Of a stretch of DNA of 64,000 bases, positions 63,791 to 64,000 are shown one piece after another. Both the position numbers and the translations under genes were made by a program. Source of the stretch: Pecten maximus. Taxonomy: Eukaryota. How positions within the stretch are numbered: position 1 is the first letter of the stretch; each line of letters opens with the position of its first letter. The stretch is from contig NC_047030.1 of assembly GCF_902652985.1 (NCBI RefSeq), positions 13,082,001 through 13,146,000 of the forward strand. The letters are read 5' to 3'. Below the pieces are notes generated by a model. It made no database searches. It was given only the letters and a program-made list of their open reading frames with translations, and had not been told where the DNA came from.

Positions 63791-64000
63791 CCATCACTGT
63801 AGATATGTGATGGGAATACGGCTCGTACTTCCAAATGTCTAATCTACAGTGGTTCAATTTTTTGATGGGCGGCCTCTCGATGTACTTTGTTGGATTTCCT
63901 GGAGATCTTTTTCAAACTTGTCAATGGCTGATATATAATTCAGACGTCATATATCATTCAGAAGCATTGCATCAACGCGCATACTTAAAGGACGACGGAA

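Noticed and set aside
63803-63812. In-frame TGA as selenocysteine (also 28886)
   Set aside because: No SECIS or selenoprotein motif visible; acceptor use unproven
60420-63842. Long Cys/Tyr/Thr/Pro/Val ORFs (up to 517 aa)
   Set aside because: Open in several frames only because the microsatellite is poor in stop codons; unit lengths of 6-8 bp do not preserve frame

Overview
AT-rich, intron-containing animal DNA; the repeat families (V-domain tRNA-SINEs, CR1 and RTE LINE fragments, Crypton-like palindromic elements) suggest a bivalve mollusc, probably a scallop (inference). 1-16 kb: a tandem segmental duplication holding one intact 3-exon MFS transporter gene (nodulin-like/MCH1/NFD4-like, ~464 aa) and a dead copy of its first coding exon. 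Copy 1 carries a 3.6-kb foldback transposon with a 9-bp TSD; copy 2 has grown a 28-bp satellite from a seed that is single-copy in copy 1. 19-64 kb: a same-strand cluster of up to five loci sharing one plan: non-coding exon 1, a 52-55-nt phase-1 signal-peptide exon starting AG|ATG, then one exon with a low-complexity ectodomain and a GPI-like tail. The members are a Thr-rich mucin-like protein, its frameshifted paralog, a tiny pseudogenised member, a 746-aa Gly/Tyr/Asp-rich repeat protein, and a locus whose signal-peptide exon end and splice donor are amplified into a 73-bp array of in-frame micro-exon candidates with almost only synonymous variation. Also present: an exact 140-bp inverted repeat bracketing one gene's promoter and signal exon beside a Crypton recombinase remnant, tandem minimal hammerhead ribozyme motifs, and several satellites. 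All gene models were read by eye and have no transcript support.
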